A DNA stretch of 64,000 nucleotides, taken from a candidate division WS6 bacterium GW2011_GWF2_39_15. GTDB taxonomy: Bacteria > Patescibacteriota > Dojkabacteria > SC72. The notes below the pieces were generated by a model. The model saw only the letters and a list, made by a program, of their open reading frames with translations, did not search any database and was not told the DNA's origin. Numbering within the stretch: position 1 is the stretch's first letter; the number at the start of each line of letters is the position of its first letter. The stretch is taken from NCBI GenBank assembly GCA_000993565.1, contig LBWK01000001.1, forward strand, positions 428,208 to 492,207, in the 5' to 3' direction. The translations under genes and the position numbers were made by a program. This document shows positions 39,124 through 49,745 of this stretch, one piece after another.

Positions 39124-39680
39124 AAGATATATAGGGGAAAAATTAAAGCCAATTAATGAAATACATAAATGTTATTTAAGTATAAGCAGAGTAATAAAAA
39201 ATGTCAAATTGAGAAAAGGGTTGGGATCGGTACTGCCCCGACCGACCCCGATTTCTTGATACAGAATATAAAAAAATCGAAGTGCAAATTAATGCATCCA
39301 ATCCCCTTTTCCGAGGGCCCAGTAAATGGGGAAACCACAACCAAACCCTGGGAAAAAAGGATTGACGTATCAAAGAGTTTTCCTTTTGCCCAGCGATGTT
39401 TACCATACCAGACAAAGGGAAAAATCTTCGATATCCACACTTCTTTTTAAACAACGATTAATTATAACCCACTCATGTATAGAAGTCAACCTATAATACT
39501 TGTACACATATCCAAACCCTTATCATTATTATAATACATTGATCGGCAATACGATGTCAACAAGTTTATATATCTGCGATTGCAAATACTTTTCGACGAG
39601 ATCTAAGGGTGAATGTTACGGAATGGTTTTATGTAAAACCGTGTTACGTATTTTATGGATAAGGTTTGATAAAAAAATAT

Positions 39681-41018
39681 TTACAGGGAAGATATATCAC
39701 GCAAAACCCTTATATTAGAGGCTGTTTTCACCTTTGCTGATTTTGGCATTACAATCTGCGAATATCCTAGTCTTTTAGCTTCTTTTAATACCATTTCAGA
39801 GGCAAATCCTCCTCTAACTTCGCCCGTAAGCCCAACCTCTCCCCAATACACAACCTCATTACTCAGTACTTTTTCCTCAACCGCTGATTTGATAGCTGCG
39901 CATATTGCAAGATCTATTGTAGGATTATCAATACTTATACCTCCAACAACATTTACAAACACATCCTTATCGCCTAAAAACACCCTTCCTCTTTTTGAGA
40001 GCACCGCACATAGCATATCCAAACGCGGTTTCTTAATGCCGTTCGCAACTCTTCTTAATGGTCCGGACTCCATACCTCTTTCACTCACAAGGGCTTGCAC
40101 CTCTACAAATACAATTCTTGACCCTTGCATAACAGCACCTATGGCACTGCCCGACATATTCCCCTCACCCTCAAGAAAAAGCTTGGACGGATTTTCTATC
40201 TCGCTTAGTCCGGATTCGACCATCTCAAAAACCCCAATCTCATTGGTTGACCCAAACCTATTCTTCGCCGACCGCAAAACTCTGAAGGTATTAAACTCCC
40301 CTCCTTCAAAATTAAGCACCGTATCAACAACATGTTCAAGGACTTTAGGGCCTGCAATACTCCCTTCTTTTGTAATTTGACCAACGAGAATAACCGGAAT
40401 TTCCAGAGACTTTGCCGCCCTGGTTAAAACCGAGCCACATACCCTTACCTGACCTATGCTCCCTGCCGAGCTCCTTACCTTTTCCGACTCAAGAGACTGA
40501 ATAGAGTCAACAATCGCAAGCATAGGTTTCTCAGCGTCTAAAAGATCAGCTATGCTTTCTGCATTTGTTTCATCAGAGAGAATTAGGCTATATTTACTAT
40601 AGGAAGGTTTATTATCTATACGTAATACCCTAGAGTGTATCTGAGCAATTGATTCCTCTCCTGATACATACAAAACCTTACCAATAAGGGATAATTTCAA
40701 AGCAATTTGAAGAAGAATCGTTGACTTACCTATTCCAGGCTCTCCGGCTACCAGAGTAATACTTCCCGGAACAATTCCTCCTCCCATTACCCTATCAAAC
40801 TCATTAAAGCCCGAACTAAGCCTCTCAAGCTTCATTGTTTTCTGCGTTGAAAGTTCCTTTAAGCTTACCTTACTTGCTACTCTTGCAACCCTATCAGATT
40901 TATTACCCTTACCCTTTACCGCATCTGGAGCTTCTGCAATGGTATCCCATTGGTTACAAACCGGGCATTTGCCGGACCACTTAGGGAACTCACTTCCACA
41001 GTTTGTACAGTAGTACAT
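39681..41018 (-). CDS. radA: DNA repair protein RadA/Sms
   Basis: 445 aa; N-terminal C4 zinc finger CTNCGSEFPKWSGKCPVCNQW, Walker A GEPGIGKST, KNRFG motif, Lon-like C-terminus. Confidence 0.9.
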   Translation of the reverse strand: MYYCTNCGSEFPKWSGKCPVCNQWDTIAEAPDAVKGKGNKSDRVARVASKVSLKELSTQKTMKLERLSSGFNEFDRVMGGGIVPGSITLVAGEPGIGKSTILLQIALKLSLIGKVLYVSGEESIAQIHSRVLRIDNKPSYSKYSLILSDETNAESIADLLDAEKPMLAIVDSIQSLESEKVRSSAGSIGQVRVCGSVLTRAAKSLEIPVILVGQITKEGSIAGPKVLEHVVDTVLNFEGGEFNTFRVLRSAKNRFGSTNEIGVFEMVESGLSEIENPSKLFLEGEGNMSGSAIGAVMQGSRIVFVEVQALVSERGMESGPLRRVANGIKKPRLDMLCAVLSKRGRVFLGDKDVFVNVVGGISIDNPTIDLAICAAIKSAVEEKVLSNEVVYWGEVGLTGEVRGGFASEMVLKEAKRLGYSQIVMPKSAKVKTASNIRVLRDISSL

Positions 41019-41020
41019 AT

Positions 41021-43504
41021 TTAGGAGACTATTATTTCTTTATCCTTTATATTAATTTTCAGAGTTTTTATAATGCCTTTCTCCTCCTCACCATGAATTA
41101 GAAGGTAGTTGGCTATAGCGTTTTCAACAGAATCCTGAAGCATTCTTCGTAATGGCCTTGCCCCGTACTCATCACTAAATCCTTCATTTGCAATATATTC
41201 TTTAACCTTTTTATCTATAGTAACCTTGATACCCTGATCTTTCAACCTAATATTTAGCTCTGTAATGAGAAGTTCAACAATCTTCTGAGCGTCTTCCTTA
41301 GTTAGGGATCTGAAAATGACAATATCATCCAGCCTGTTAAGAAGTTCGGGTCTTAGACTCTCCCGAAGTTCCTTTGTTAAAGCCTGTTTCATTGACTGAT
41401 ATGCATTCTCGACATCTTCTTCATCTTTTTCTTCAGTCTCATTTATGAACCCAAGTACTTTATCCTTTCTAATTTCTTCCGCACCAATATTAGAGGTGAG
41501 GACTATTACTGTGTTCTTGAAATTAACCCTCCGGCCTTTTCCATCAGTTAGATGTCCATATTCAAGGATCTGAAGCAGGATATTAAGAACATCAGGATGG
41601 GCTTTTTCAATTTCATCAAAAAGAATAACGGAATGGGGCTGCTGGCGGATTTTCTCCGTTAGTTGACCTCCCTCCCTATATCCTACATATCCTGGAGGAG
41701 ACCCGATGAGCTTGGAAACACTGTGCATCTCCATCATTTCACTCATATCAATTTGAATCAGTCTGTCTTCATCACCAAAGAGAATCTTTGTGAGAACTTT
41801 AGCCAATTCGGTTTTGCCTACTCCGGTTGGGCCAAGAAAAAGAAACGAGGCCCACGGCCTATTTTCGTCCGATATCCCTGTTCTTGCACGCTTTATGGCA
41901 GAGGCAACTGACTGCACGGCTTCTTCCTGACCCACCACCTTTCTGCCAAGTGTTGATTCCAGGTTTATAAGGGACGATCTCTCATCGCTGCCAAGCGTAG
42001 CAACAGGAATACCTGTCCATTTAGAAACAACGTTTCTAATCGTGGTTATATCAACTTCATACTCCCTGCTCTTCTGACTGATACTTCTCTCTTTTTCAAG
42101 CTGTTTAATCTTCTTTTTCAGTGTACCTTCCTGCTCTTTCTGTTCTAAAGCTTCTGCCATTCTCCCTTTTTTGATATCTGTTTCCTTCTCAAGCTGAGTC
42201 GTTCTCAACTCATTCATAAGATCAGAGATCTGCGAATACTCTTTTTCGACCGCCAGCTTCCTTGTTGCGGCAGCCTCATCCAAAAGATCAATTGCTTTAT
42301 CAGGTAGATATCTGTCACTTACATATCTATCAGACAGCTTAACGGCCGTTTCAAGAGCTTCTTTTCCGATTCTTACATTATGATGCGCTTCCAGTATAGG
42401 CTTAATCCTTCTCAGGATCTTGATGGTATCGGCAATAGAGGTTTCCTCCACAAGTACTGCCTGGAATCTTCTGACTAAAGCATTATCCTCTTCCATGTAC
42501 TTTGTATATTCAGACATGGTTGTAGCCCCAATGCACCTGAAGTCTCCTCTTGTCAGAGCAGGTTTTAGTATCCCGGACATATCTGAAGGGACTCCGGGAA
42601 TGCCAGAACTTAACACATTATGAATTTCATCAATAAAAAGGATCGTATTAGGAGAAGATGTGACTTCTTTGATAATAGCAATCATTTTTTCTTCCACATC
42701 CCCTCTCATCTTACTCCCCGCCATTATACTGGAGATATCTAAAGCTACAATTTTCGCGTCTTTAAGGGCTTGGGGTACATTTCCATCTGCAATCCTCTGA
42801 GCGAGAGCTTCTACTAAGGCGGTTTTACCTACCCCTGCCTCACCGACAATTAGAGGATTATTCTTCTTTCTACGCGAGATAATGTTAACCATTTTCTCAA
42901 TTTCCTCTTCCCTCCCAACTATCGGATCAAGCTTACCCTCCCTGGACTCTTTAACCAGATCCCTCCCGAAAGCGGCAAGAGCAGACTGTTCCATAATCAT
43001 TGAAGGACCATTTTCAGGCTTTGAGAGTATACCTGCCGGGTATGTGGCAAAGTTAAAAAGGGCTTCCTCTACTGATTTATAGTCTAAACCCTGGGTATAC
43101 AACTTCCTACCAAGTTCCGTCTTATCAGCTTTAAGCAAAGCAAGCAGTATATGCTCAGTTCCGACATATACATGTGATAATTTGTGAGCTATAGCATATG
43201 CCTCCCTTAATACCTCCTGAGATTCAGAGGAGAGACGAATATCAGTTTCTTTAGTCTTCTCAATGGTAATAAAGTCGGTCCCTGTCACTCCCATAATCTC
43301 CTTTGTTATCTTTTCAATATCAAATCCCATCGTTAGAATCGTCCTGGAAGCAAGTGATTTGCTGTTAAGCACAATACCAACAAAAAGATGGTGAGGTGCA
43401 ACCTCATTGGCAGACAGAAGTTTGGAAGCCTCTGACGCTATTTTCAACGAGGCTTTTGCATTATCGCTAAGTTTTGATAGTACAGAAACATCCTTACTCC
43501 GCAT
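41021..43504 (-). CDS. clpC: Clp/Hsp100 ATPase, ClpC-like (Clp_N + two AAA+ modules + short M-domain)
   Basis: 827 aa; two Walker A (GEAGVGKT, GPTGVGKT), short coiled-coil middle domain. Confidence 0.85.
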   Translation of the reverse strand: MRSKDVSVLSKLSDNAKASLKIASEASKLLSANEVAPHHLFVGIVLNSKSLASRTILTMGFDIEKITKEIMGVTGTDFITIEKTKETDIRLSSESQEVLREAYAIAHKLSHVYVGTEHILLALLKADKTELGRKLYTQGLDYKSVEEALFNFATYPAGILSKPENGPSMIMEQSALAAFGRDLVKESREGKLDPIVGREEEIEKMVNIISRRKKNNPLIVGEAGVGKTALVEALAQRIADGNVPQALKDAKIVALDISSIMAGSKMRGDVEEKMIAIIKEVTSSPNTILFIDEIHNVLSSGIPGVPSDMSGILKPALTRGDFRCIGATTMSEYTKYMEEDNALVRRFQAVLVEETSIADTIKILRRIKPILEAHHNVRIGKEALETAVKLSDRYVSDRYLPDKAIDLLDEAAATRKLAVEKEYSQISDLMNELRTTQLEKETDIKKGRMAEALEQKEQEGTLKKKIKQLEKERSISQKSREYEVDITTIRNVVSKWTGIPVATLGSDERSSLINLESTLGRKVVGQEEAVQSVASAIKRARTGISDENRPWASFLFLGPTGVGKTELAKVLTKILFGDEDRLIQIDMSEMMEMHSVSKLIGSPPGYVGYREGGQLTEKIRQQPHSVILFDEIEKAHPDVLNILLQILEYGHLTDGKGRRVNFKNTVIVLTSNIGAEEIRKDKVLGFINETEEKDEEDVENAYQSMKQALTKELRESLRPELLNRLDDIVIFRSLTKEDAQKIVELLITELNIRLKDQGIKVTIDKKVKEYIANEGFSDEYGARPLRRMLQDSVENAIANYLLIHGEEEKGIIKTLKINIKDKEIIVS

Positions 43505-43548
43505 ATGGATATGCTTTATATTATTAGAAAATTATACCACAGGCCCCT

Positions 43549-44907
43549 TTACTCCTGAGGAACTTCCTGTGCTATTGCTTCGTCTACAGCCTTTTCTAAT
43601 TCTTTCTTAGAAAGTTTCTTTGCCTTCTTAGTTGTTTCTTTCTCACCGACAGCCTTAAGACTGAGTCCGAGATGTCTTTCTGTTGAAGATATTGAAAGGA
43701 TCTTTACCTTTACATTGTCTCCCTGCTTTACAATATCCGCAGGATCTTTAACAAGCTTATCTGACATTTCAGAAATGTGTACAAGACCGTTAAGCCCATT
43801 TCCAACTCTAACAAAAGCTCCATAAGGAACAACTCTTTGAACTTCTCCTTCAACAACATCACCAATCTGATATTTGGCAATTGCTTCTGACCATGGGTCT
43901 TTCTGAAGTCTTTTAACAGAGTATGCAACTCTTTTTCCTCCATCAAGAATACCAATAACCATAACATCAACTGTTGAACCCGGTTGGTACAATGCACCAA
44001 CATCCTCAACTTTATCCCATGATAATTCTGACAGGTGAACAAGACCCTCAAGTCCTGCTGCATTAACAAAGATTCCGAATGGTGCAATACCGCTGACAGT
44101 ACCATGTAGTACATCACCCTCTTTAACCTTCTTCAAAGTCTCATCTCTCTGTTCAATATCACGAGCTTTTTCAGAGAGGATAACCCTGTTCTTCTCTCTA
44201 TCAAGTTCAATAATTTTAGCCTTAATTGTCTGGCCGATTAATGATGTAAGTCTCTTCTGAACTCTGGCTGAAATATCTTTTCCGACAGTCCTGACTCCAT
44301 TTGCATACACTCTTGAAGCATCAAGCTGGGAGGTTGGGATAAACCCGCGGACATCCTTTCCAAGTTCTACAATTAACCCACCGTTATTTGATTCTACGAC
44401 AGTAGCTTCAACAACCTCATTCTTATTCTTAGCTTCTTCAAGCTTCAGCCATAATCCTGCCTGCTTGGTTCTTCGGACTGAGAGAACCAATTGTCCCTCA
44501 TCATCTTCAGGTTTAACAACGTATACAAGCATGCTGTCTCCAACATTTACCGTAGATGGATCAAATCCTTCTGTTTTCAACTCTCTTCCTGCCACAATAC
44601 CTTCAGATTTATATCCGACATCAATTACAAGCATTCCCGGTCTTACATCCATTACTTTTCCTTCAACAATATCTCCTCTTGATAGCTGTTTTAATTGATG
44701 AGCTGTATCAGAGATATATGAGTCAAGTCTTGAATATAGATCTTCAGGATTAGTTGAAAGAGGAACTACAACCTTTGGTGTTACAACTTTTTTGGTAACT
44801 TTTGCTTTAGGTGCAGCCACTTTCTTAGTAGTAGTCTTGGTAACCTTCTTAGTTACTTTTGACTTTGTTTTAGAGGTTTTTTCCATAATTTTAGTTAATA
44901 TATACAC
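43549..44907 (-). CDS. rpsA: 30S ribosomal protein S1 (four S1 domains) with Lys-rich N-terminal extension
   Basis: 452 aa; repeated S1 motifs (GxV..I...G.FV.L..G..GL.H.SE). Confidence 0.8.
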   Translation of the reverse strand: MYILTKIMEKTSKTKSKVTKKVTKTTTKKVAAPKAKVTKKVVTPKVVVPLSTNPEDLYSRLDSYISDTAHQLKQLSRGDIVEGKVMDVRPGMLVIDVGYKSEGIVAGRELKTEGFDPSTVNVGDSMLVYVVKPEDDEGQLVLSVRRTKQAGLWLKLEEAKNKNEVVEATVVESNNGGLIVELGKDVRGFIPTSQLDASRVYANGVRTVGKDISARVQKRLTSLIGQTIKAKIIELDREKNRVILSEKARDIEQRDETLKKVKEGDVLHGTVSGIAPFGIFVNAAGLEGLVHLSELSWDKVEDVGALYQPGSTVDVMVIGILDGGKRVAYSVKRLQKDPWSEAIAKYQIGDVVEGEVQRVVPYGAFVRVGNGLNGLVHISEMSDKLVKDPADIVKQGDNVKVKILSISSTERHLGLSLKAVGEKETTKKAKKLSKKELEKAVDEAIAQEVPQE

Positions 44908-44997
44908 TCCACGGAAAGAGTTTAAATATACTTAAATATTAATATTATTTATCCGTGCAAAGGGGATTATATCAGAAAAAAGCTTTACTGCCAAAAC

Positions 44998-45594
44998 TTA
45001 ATCTTTATAATCCTCCTCAAAGAAATCTAGATACTCCTGAGGAGTAAACAGGGTTCCGTAATCGTTTACCCAGCATACTAAGTGACCTCTTGCATTCTCT
45101 ACGATATACCTATCGGGATAATGTGAGTCTCTAAGACCATTGGCGACAGAGTTAGAATCAAACTTATTACCCTTTCTAAAGAATAAAATTCCTTTACCAT
45201 CTAAATAGCATGCGAACAAATCCACATTAGGATTATCTATAACGACAGCATTACAACCTGTTGGAGAGTTTTCTAGAAGAGTCATAGTCGTAAACTTCGT
45301 CTCTACTGACATAAGGGCTGTTATAGCTGAAAAGCTAAGATTCCGAAGATCTCCATATAAAGCCGACATATCATCCTCAATTGCATAACTGTCCCCTCCT
45401 AGAGTCATCTTTTCATGTAAAGAGTTAAGTGCTGCTGGTAAATTCCTAACTTGATTTACAAGTCCCTCCTCTAGCTTACTTAGGTCACGCCCAATTATTA
45501 TCGGATCAAACTTACCCTCGTTCCGAGTCATTGCCTCCATTCCAAAAAGGAAACAACCGCTCCCTTCTTTTTGCGTTAAACTCCTGATTGCCAT
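44998..45594 (-). CDS. hypothetical protein
   Basis: 198-aa ORF; no recognisable motif. Confidence 0.4.
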   Translation of the reverse strand: MAIRSLTQKEGSGCFLFGMEAMTRNEGKFDPIIIGRDLSKLEEGLVNQVRNLPAALNSLHEKMTLGGDSYAIEDDMSALYGDLRNLSFSAITALMSVETKFTTMTLLENSPTGCNAVVIDNPNVDLFACYLDGKGILFFRKGNKFDSNSVANGLRDSHYPDRYIVENARGHLVCWVNDYGTLFTPQEYLDFFEEDYKD

Positions 45595-45747
45595 AGCAAA
45601 CCCGAATTAGTATTATAGGCTAATTATATCTCTCCCCTAGGCTGATTACAAATAGATAAGCCTACATGACAGTCATTCAAGAGATTCGCTTAACGATACA
45701 GTCCCTCGTATCAGTGCATTCTCAGTATATACCCTGCGGGGTATATA

Positions 45748-46380
45748 CTACTCAATAGGCAGGCCTTTACAGTATGAACATATATCTCTAAATACACATC
45801 TTGTTTTCTTCATCTTCGCTCTGCATATATACCTTCCGTAAAGTACAAAGTATCTATTTATCTTCCACCAGTCTTTTTGGGGATACAATTTCTCTAAATC
45901 TCTGGCTATCTTATCCGGGTTTGTTTCTTTCGTTAATCCTAGACGCTGTGAGACCCTCATTACATGAGTGTCGACTGCTACACCCTCATTAGACTTATAC
46001 AGATCGTTTAGGAATACATTGGCGGTCTTCCTTCCCACACCTTTTAAGGTTATAAGGTTGTTCACATCTTTAGGAACTTCCGAGTTAAAATCTTGAACAA
46101 GTTTTCTAGATAGTTCAATTAAATATCTCGATTTTGAATTAGAATAATTTACAGTCTGAATTATACTGTACACATCTTGTTCCCTAGCCTTTGACATAGA
46201 TAAAGGATCGGGATACTCTTCAAACAGCATAGTCGTCACCTTATTCACTCCTTTATCTGTAGTTTGGGCTGATAATACTATACAAACAAGGAATTGAAAC
46301 GGTGTTTTCCAGTTTGCAAGCTCTGTAGCTGCGTTAGGAAAAAGTTCTTCCATTTTGGAAAGTATCTGCTTAGGTGACAC
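45748..46380 (-). CDS. nth: endonuclease III (HhH-GPD DNA glycosylase with 4Fe-4S cluster)
   Basis: 210 aa; LKGVGRKTANVFL HhH-GPD motif, C-terminal CxxxxxxCxxCxxxxxC cysteines. Confidence 0.8.
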   Translation of the reverse strand: MSPKQILSKMEELFPNAATELANWKTPFQFLVCIVLSAQTTDKGVNKVTTMLFEEYPDPLSMSKAREQDVYSIIQTVNYSNSKSRYLIELSRKLVQDFNSEVPKDVNNLITLKGVGRKTANVFLNDLYKSNEGVAVDTHVMRVSQRLGLTKETNPDKIARDLEKLYPQKDWWKINRYFVLYGRYICRAKMKKTRCVFRDICSYCKGLPIE

Positions 46381-46394
46381 AAAAAATTATACCA

Positions 46395-47099
46395 TTAAAA
46401 TCGTCGCTCTAATTTTGACGACATATCTCTGGCTTTTACTAGTTCAGAATGGATAAAAAGAAAAGCTTCATTCTGAATCTGATGAGCTCTAAAGCCATGT
46501 CTCAGATCACGATAATTATCAACATACCAGTCATACTCCAAGTCAAAAACGGCATCATCTGAAGGATTTGCAATTGAATGATCATAACTATCGGAAAGGA
46601 CTAAGACATTACCGCCTTGAAGACCACCCGTAAAGCCCGCCATCTTTTTTTCATACCCCCAAAAACCATTAATAAACCAGGGCTCACGTGCATCCACAAA
46701 AACTACTGCCGGGTCAGGAGTTTCGTTTATCATTCGTAGAATCCACAAGTATAAGAAATCACTGTCCCGCTCCACTATCTTATGCTTTAATTCAGACATT
46801 GCCCATCTCCAAAAATTATCTTTTGTCTCTCCGTCCCAATCCCTACCAACCAGATCAGGAATTGAATCCTTAATAGATCGGAGCCAAGGATATACGCTAT
46901 CAGGTAGAAGCACTCTATCATGCTTCTCTTCCGAAAGCAGAGTTTGTTTAATTGGAGTTATTGATGATAAATGCCTAAAGTTAATACTATATACGCCTAA
47001 TTCTCTCTTAACTGCAATTCCGAAAGTATCTTTCCCTGCTCGTGGCTTACCATTTACTAAAAAAACTTTTTTATTACTGAAATCACCATTTTGACCCAT
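46395..47099 (-). CDS. P-loop protein resembling phage-type deoxynucleoside monophosphate kinase
   Basis: 234 aa; N-terminal Walker A VNGKPRAGKDTFG resembling dNMP kinase GVKRSGKDT; rest unassigned. Confidence 0.3.
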   Translation of the reverse strand: MGQNGDFSNKKVFLVNGKPRAGKDTFGIAVKRELGVYSINFRHLSSITPIKQTLLSEEKHDRVLLPDSVYPWLRSIKDSIPDLVGRDWDGETKDNFWRWAMSELKHKIVERDSDFLYLWILRMINETPDPAVVFVDAREPWFINGFWGYEKKMAGFTGGLQGGNVLVLSDSYDHSIANPSDDAVFDLEYDWYVDNYRDLRHGFRAHQIQNEAFLFIHSELVKARDMSSKLERRF

Positions 47100-47184
47100 A
47101 TACCAAAGACCTATGATAATAAAATACCCCTTAACGGGGCTTAAAAAAGTATACTACAAGTCTTAGTTTTCTCCAACAAAATAA

Positions 47185-47616
47185 CTAGCTTCTTAATCTA
47201 TTAAGAGCCTTAAGATATTCAGGTTCAGAAAGAAATTCATTTAAAGCACTCTCACGTTCTTCATCATCATTAATAAGCAATACTTCTAATGATTTCTCAA
47301 TGACTTTTGTGAGATACGAGGGAGAAAACATCAATGGGAAAGGAGATTGTACAAACGGTCTCGAAGGCGTTGCATAATAAATTACATGACTAGTATCTCC
47401 GCTTAACCACTGTATAACAAGAGGAGTTTTCTCTTGCTGTGCAATAGTTATAACTCTGGAATCTTGACGCTCTCTTCCACGGTCAATCTTAAGAGTTCCC
47501 TTCTCAGTTTGAATTATAGAATTCGTAGGACCACCATTGCCTCCTACCAATTCATCAGCCTGTTCATTTATCATAGCAAAGAACTCCTCGGCAATTATTT
47601 TCTCTTTTTTAGCCAT
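47185..47616 (-). CDS. hypothetical protein
   Basis: 143-aa ORF. Confidence 0.4.
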   Translation of the reverse strand: MAKKEKIIAEEFFAMINEQADELVGGNGGPTNSIIQTEKGTLKIDRGRERQDSRVITIAQQEKTPLVIQWLSGDTSHVIYYATPSRPFVQSPFPLMFSPSYLTKVIEKSLEVLLINDDEERESALNEFLSEPEYLKALNRLRS

Positions 47617-47685
47617 CCATTTACAAAAATAATTAATCTTTATTAATTATAATCTAACGCAGAAATATATTCTATAAGGCTGATA

Positions 47686-47722
47686 TGAACAATAAAAAAC
47701 CCACTATTTCTAGTGGGTTTCC
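47686..47722 (-). terminator. rho-independent terminator downstream of 5S rRNA
   Basis: Minus strand AACCCACUAGAAAUAGUGGGUU hairpin followed by UUUUUU. Confidence 0.55.
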
Positions 47723-47730
47723 AATTTCTA

Positions 47731-47849
47731 AAGTCCTGGCAATGACCTATCTTCCCAATTCCTTTCGAAATAAGTATTTTAGGCGCTGGAGCATTTTACT
47801 TCTGAGTTCGGGATGGGATCAGGTAGTTCCACTCCGCTACAATTGCCAG
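47731..47849 (-). rRNA. rrf: 5S rRNA
   Basis: rc reads TGCCTGGCAATTGTAGCGGAGTGGAACTACCTGATCCCATCCCGAACTCAGAAGT...; helix I ends pair. Confidence 0.8.
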
Positions 47850-48359
47850 GCATAAGCAATCAGATTCTCTAATTACTCATGCCTGACAACCTCTATTACT
47901 AGAGATATCAGGACTTTAAATTCATAAAGAGCTATTAAGAGTGTTTACACACTCAAAACTGAATAGAAATTTGAAGCATTTCAAAAAGTTTTTTGATCTA
48001 TTAGTACACCTTGGCTCAATACATTGCTGTACTTACACCTAGTGCCTATCAACGTAGTAGTCTACTACGGATCTTCCGTTGCGCGAACGCAACAAGCAAA
48101 TCTAATCTTGGGACAGGCTTCGCACTTATATGCTTTCAGTGCTTATCCCTAAATAACATAGCTACCCAGCAATGCTCTTGGTAGAACAGCTGGTACACCA
48201 GAGGTTTACCTCGCCCCGATCCTTTCGTACTAGGGGCCACTTCCCTCAAATTTGCTGCGCCCATACCGGATAGAGACCGACCTGGCTCACGACGGTCTGA
48301 ACCCAGCTCACGTGCCACTTTAATGGACGAACAGTCCAACCCTTGGGAGCTTATCCACT

Positions 48360-48395
<36 letters not shown>

Positions 48396-48803
48396 GGTGC
48401 CGTCAATATGAACTATCGGGCACCACCAGCCTGTTATCCCCGGGGTAACTTATATCCGTTAAACAATGGCGATTCCACATTCTGCCAAAGGGTCACTTAA
48501 ACCTGCTTTCGCAACTGCTCGGGATGTCTCCCTCACAGTAAAGCCACCTTATGCTTATGTACTCTTCATCCGATTTCCATCCGGATTGAGGTGACCTTTG
48601 TACGCTTGCGTTACTCTTTTGCAAGCAACCGCCCCAGTCAAACTGCCCGCCGTGCACTGTTTCCTTGCCGGGTAACGGCAAAGGTGAGAAATTAAACGCC
48701 AATAGGGTGGTATTACACTGGTGACTCCCCAAATCCTGACGAATCTGGTTCAAAGTCTCCCACCTATGCTCTACAACTAGAGCCTAATTTCAATGCAAAG
48801 CTG

Positions 48804-48834
<31 letters not shown>

Positions 48835-48960
48835 GTACGGGTAGGCCGCATCTTCACAGCCATTTCAATTTCGCCGAGCACGCTGTCGAGACAGTGAGAG
48901 AGTCGTTACGCCTTTCATGCAAGCCACTAATTAAGTGGCGAGGTATTACGCTACCTTAGG

Positions 48961-49745
48961 CATTCCTGTTACTTAGATCTAAGTATCTATTTACTTAGAT
49001 GACCTAATTTCTTAGGCGGATATACTTTTGTATATCTCTCTACATTACTGTAGAGGTCGGACTATATCTTCTTCCACATATTTTTGTAAATGGAAGTCTA
49101 ACGTTTAGCCTCTGAGGATTCTTGCAACTAATTCTTTCTTTTCCCACTTTTTACCTTTTCCCATCTGATTCATCTCATATGAATAATCTAACAACTTCAG
49201 CATTCCTTTCGGACTAAGATGTTGCTTATTCTTCATCATCACTATTGCATCTCTAAAAATAGAGAATGCTTTTAGTTTTGTTTTCAACGGATATGTTTCG
49301 AAGAATGGGATAACTCTTTCATAACACGGATTAATTCCGGATATTTGGTATGTATAAACACTATATGGGGAAGTTTTTCGATGTATACTTCCGCAACCAA
49401 ATACTTTCATAATCTCTTCTAGAAACCATTTATTCTTTTCATGTTGATAAACATAAAAAGCTGGTTCTATTCTAAAACCGTATTTAACATTAATACGATT
49501 TTTAATATTAAGACAGAAACTCCCTTCTCCATCTACAAATCCTGAGATAAACCATTTAGAACTTTCGGTATTAGGGATATTAGTTACAAATCTTTCCTGC
49601 TGATTGTCCAAAAACATGAAGTTTTTACTTAATAAATTAAGTATCCATGCCGTTTAGGATGTCCCAGCATACAGTTAGATTTTACAACGGCCCGATATCT
49701 GGTAGCAAAACCAAGTAATAATTATCATTACTACTTAGTAGATAT
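48961..49745 (-). mobile_element. group I intron in 23S rRNA (domain IV, helix 69 3' side)
   Basis: Exon junction reconstructed by alignment to E. coli: ...ACTATAACGGT | intron | CCTAAGGTAGCG...; upstream exon ends in U, intron ends in G (plus c48961); AT-rich insert containing HE ORF. Confidence 0.6.
49105..49617 (-). CDS. LAGLIDADG homing endonuclease (single-motif, intron-encoded)
   Basis: 170 aa; ISGFVDGEGSF LAGLIDADG motif; lies entirely within 23S intron. Confidence 0.8.
   Translation of the reverse strand: MFLDNQQERFVTNIPNTESSKWFISGFVDGEGSFCLNIKNRINVKYGFRIEPAFYVYQHEKNKWFLEEIMKVFGCGSIHRKTSPYSVYTYQISGINPCYERVIPFFETYPLKTKLKAFSIFRDAIVMMKNKQHLSPKGMLKLLDYSYEMNQMGKGKKWEKKELVARILRG

Noticed and set aside
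39169-39454. Small overlapping ORFs upstream of rho (39169-39450 +, 39176-39454 -, 39204-39440 -)
   Set aside because: They are mutually overlapping short frames in an intergenic leader. There is no coding signal.
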